Shown here piece after piece: positions 33,528-34,582 of a stretch of 34,582 bases of DNA. Under the pieces are notes generated by a model that saw nothing but the letters and a program-made list of their open reading frames with translations, was not told the origin of the DNA and searched no databases. Origin of the DNA: Gemmatimonadales bacterium (GTDB taxonomy: Bacteria; Gemmatimonadota; Gemmatimonadetes; Gemmatimonadales; GWC2-71-9); assembly GCA_025929805.1 (NCBI GenBank), contig JAICPP010000002.1, forward strand, positions 1 to 34,582. The letters run 5' to 3'. The position numbers and the translations under genes are program-made. Each line of letters opens with the position of its first letter. The first letter of the stretch is position 1.

Positions 33528-34582
33528 CGGCTGCTGACCCTCGCTCGTTCGGCCGCGGCAATCATCAGTGCCTCCTCCTGAGTTCGGGCGCGGCGGAGCA
33601 GCCGCACAGCGGCCTGCATCTGCCGATCCGACAGCGCGCGACGCCGCGCTTCCGCCGCCGGGCCGAACAACTCCCGCGTAATCTCATAGCCCAGCTGCTC
33701 ATCGATATAGGCGGAGGCGTTATCAAACGTCGTCCGTGATAACTCCAGGCCGATCTGCTCCAGTCGTGCGAAGACCTCATTCCGCATCTCCCCGGTTACC
33801 CTGAAGGACTCGAATCGGGGTGCTCCGGGAGTCTTGTGAAGGTCCTCTGCGTAATTGGCCAGCACGCTCCGGAAGGGACCGATGTCCTCGCCCAGAGCGC
33901 TCAGCAAGGCACGCTCTGCGTCGGAGCGGGGAGCACCACGTACGGTAAGGTCCGGGAGAATACCGCTTGCATCGGGGATGGCCCGGCCGGCATCGGTATG
34001 GAAGAGACGTGGCGCCAGTGCCGGAGTCCGATTGCCGATCGCTCCCTCCTTATCCGGTCTGGGTCTCTGAACCGTGCGGCCGCTCGGAGTGTACCAGCGT
34101 GCGGTAGTGAGTTTGATCGCGATCTCTTCGCCCAGCGGATATGTCGTCTGGAGCACGCCCTTTCCGAAACTCGGTGCCCCCAGTATCACGGCGCGATCAT
34201 GATCCTGAAGCGCTCCCGCGATCAGCTCGGCAGAGCTGGCCGTTCCGTGATTTACCAAAATTGCGATCCGGAGGTCGTCCCATCCACCCGACTGGCCCGC
34301 GAGGTAGACCTTGGAGTGCTCGGGTGAGCGTCCTTGGGACACAGCCACGGTGTCCCCCGGCTCCAGGAAGAGGCTGGCCACCCGAACACCTTCATTGATG
34401 AGTCCACCCGGATTGCCTCGAAGGTCGAGGACCAGCGAGGTCATTCCGTCTCCGAGCAGACGATCGACTGCCTGGCGGAGCTCAACCGCCGCACCATCGC
34501 TGATTCGGACAACATCATGGTGTCGAGCAGATCGAAAACCGTGGAGCCTTTTTCCTTCCCGGCGCGCGTCGATCCGGTCAGG
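33524..34582 (-). CDS. S41 family C-terminal processing peptidase, 5' end beyond window
   Basis: LVLDLRGNPGG, catalytic region GTASSAELIAGALQD...GAPSFGKG. The frame stays open upstream of the ORF-track Met to the window edge (…VRISDGAAVELRQAVDRLLGDG-MTSLVLDLRGNPGG). Confidence 0.85.
   Translation of the reverse strand, partial: PDRIDARREGKRLHGFRSARHHDVVRISDGAAVELRQAVDRLLGDGMTSLVLDLRGNPGGLINEGVRVASLFLEPGDTVAVSQGRSPEHSKVYLAGQSGGWDDLRIAILVNHGTASSAELIAGALQDHDRAVILGAPSFGKGVLQTTYPLGEEIAIKLTTARWYTPSGRTVQRPRPDKEGAIGNRTPALAPRLFHTDAGRAIPDASGILPDLTVRGAPRSDAERALLSALGEDIGPFRSVLANYAEDLHKTPGAPRFESFRVTGEMRNEVFARLEQIGLELSRTTFDNASAYIDEQLGYEITRELFGPAAEARRRALSDRQMQAAVRLLRRARTQEEALMIAAAERARVSSR

Overview
GC-rich bacterial chromosomal segment that looks like core genome. 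I found no integrase, transposase, CRISPR array, tRNA or rRNA. Phylum is not assigned; the MglA/MglB and bacillithiol-type genes are only weak hints. There are two long co-directional gene strings. The plus string (about 1336-18122) carries an amidohydrolase, a glycolytic cluster (pyk, MBL hydrolase, pgi, class II aldolase), YtxH, YihY, a DUF4440 lipoprotein, an SRP RNA placed directly before dnaX-ybaB-recR, a small membrane protein, mglB-mglA, pgsA, cinA and grpE-dnaJ. The minus string (29549 down to 18173) carries a creatininase-family gene, an unknown exported protein, a TolC/adaptor/two-permease efflux set with no ATPase, a DUF4349 lipoprotein, bshB1, a cysteine desulfurase overlapping mnmA, and a DUF360 membrane protein. 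The right end holds a very large polytopic histidine kinase (+) converging on a partial S41 peptidase (-). The main signal the genes do not explain is a family of six short spacer elements. Each is a tandem array of a 7-nt unit (one locus 8-nt) followed by the inverted complement of that array, giving long imperfect hairpins. The unit differs between loci: GTGAACG, GTGAANN, GGAGCTN, RRGTCNN, NNAGTCN and GGTCGGCS. Two of the elements run into the 3' ends of ORFs. They resemble cyanobacterial STRR heptamer repeats in architecture. Other points: the SRP RNA has a non-GNRA apical loop, the YihY N-terminus has no canonical start codon (possible CTGA coupling), MglA has a roughly 30-aa insertion, and a 0.5-kb AT-rich gap contains a perfect 16-bp palindrome. 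All calls come from reading the sequence and ORF translations; no searches were run.
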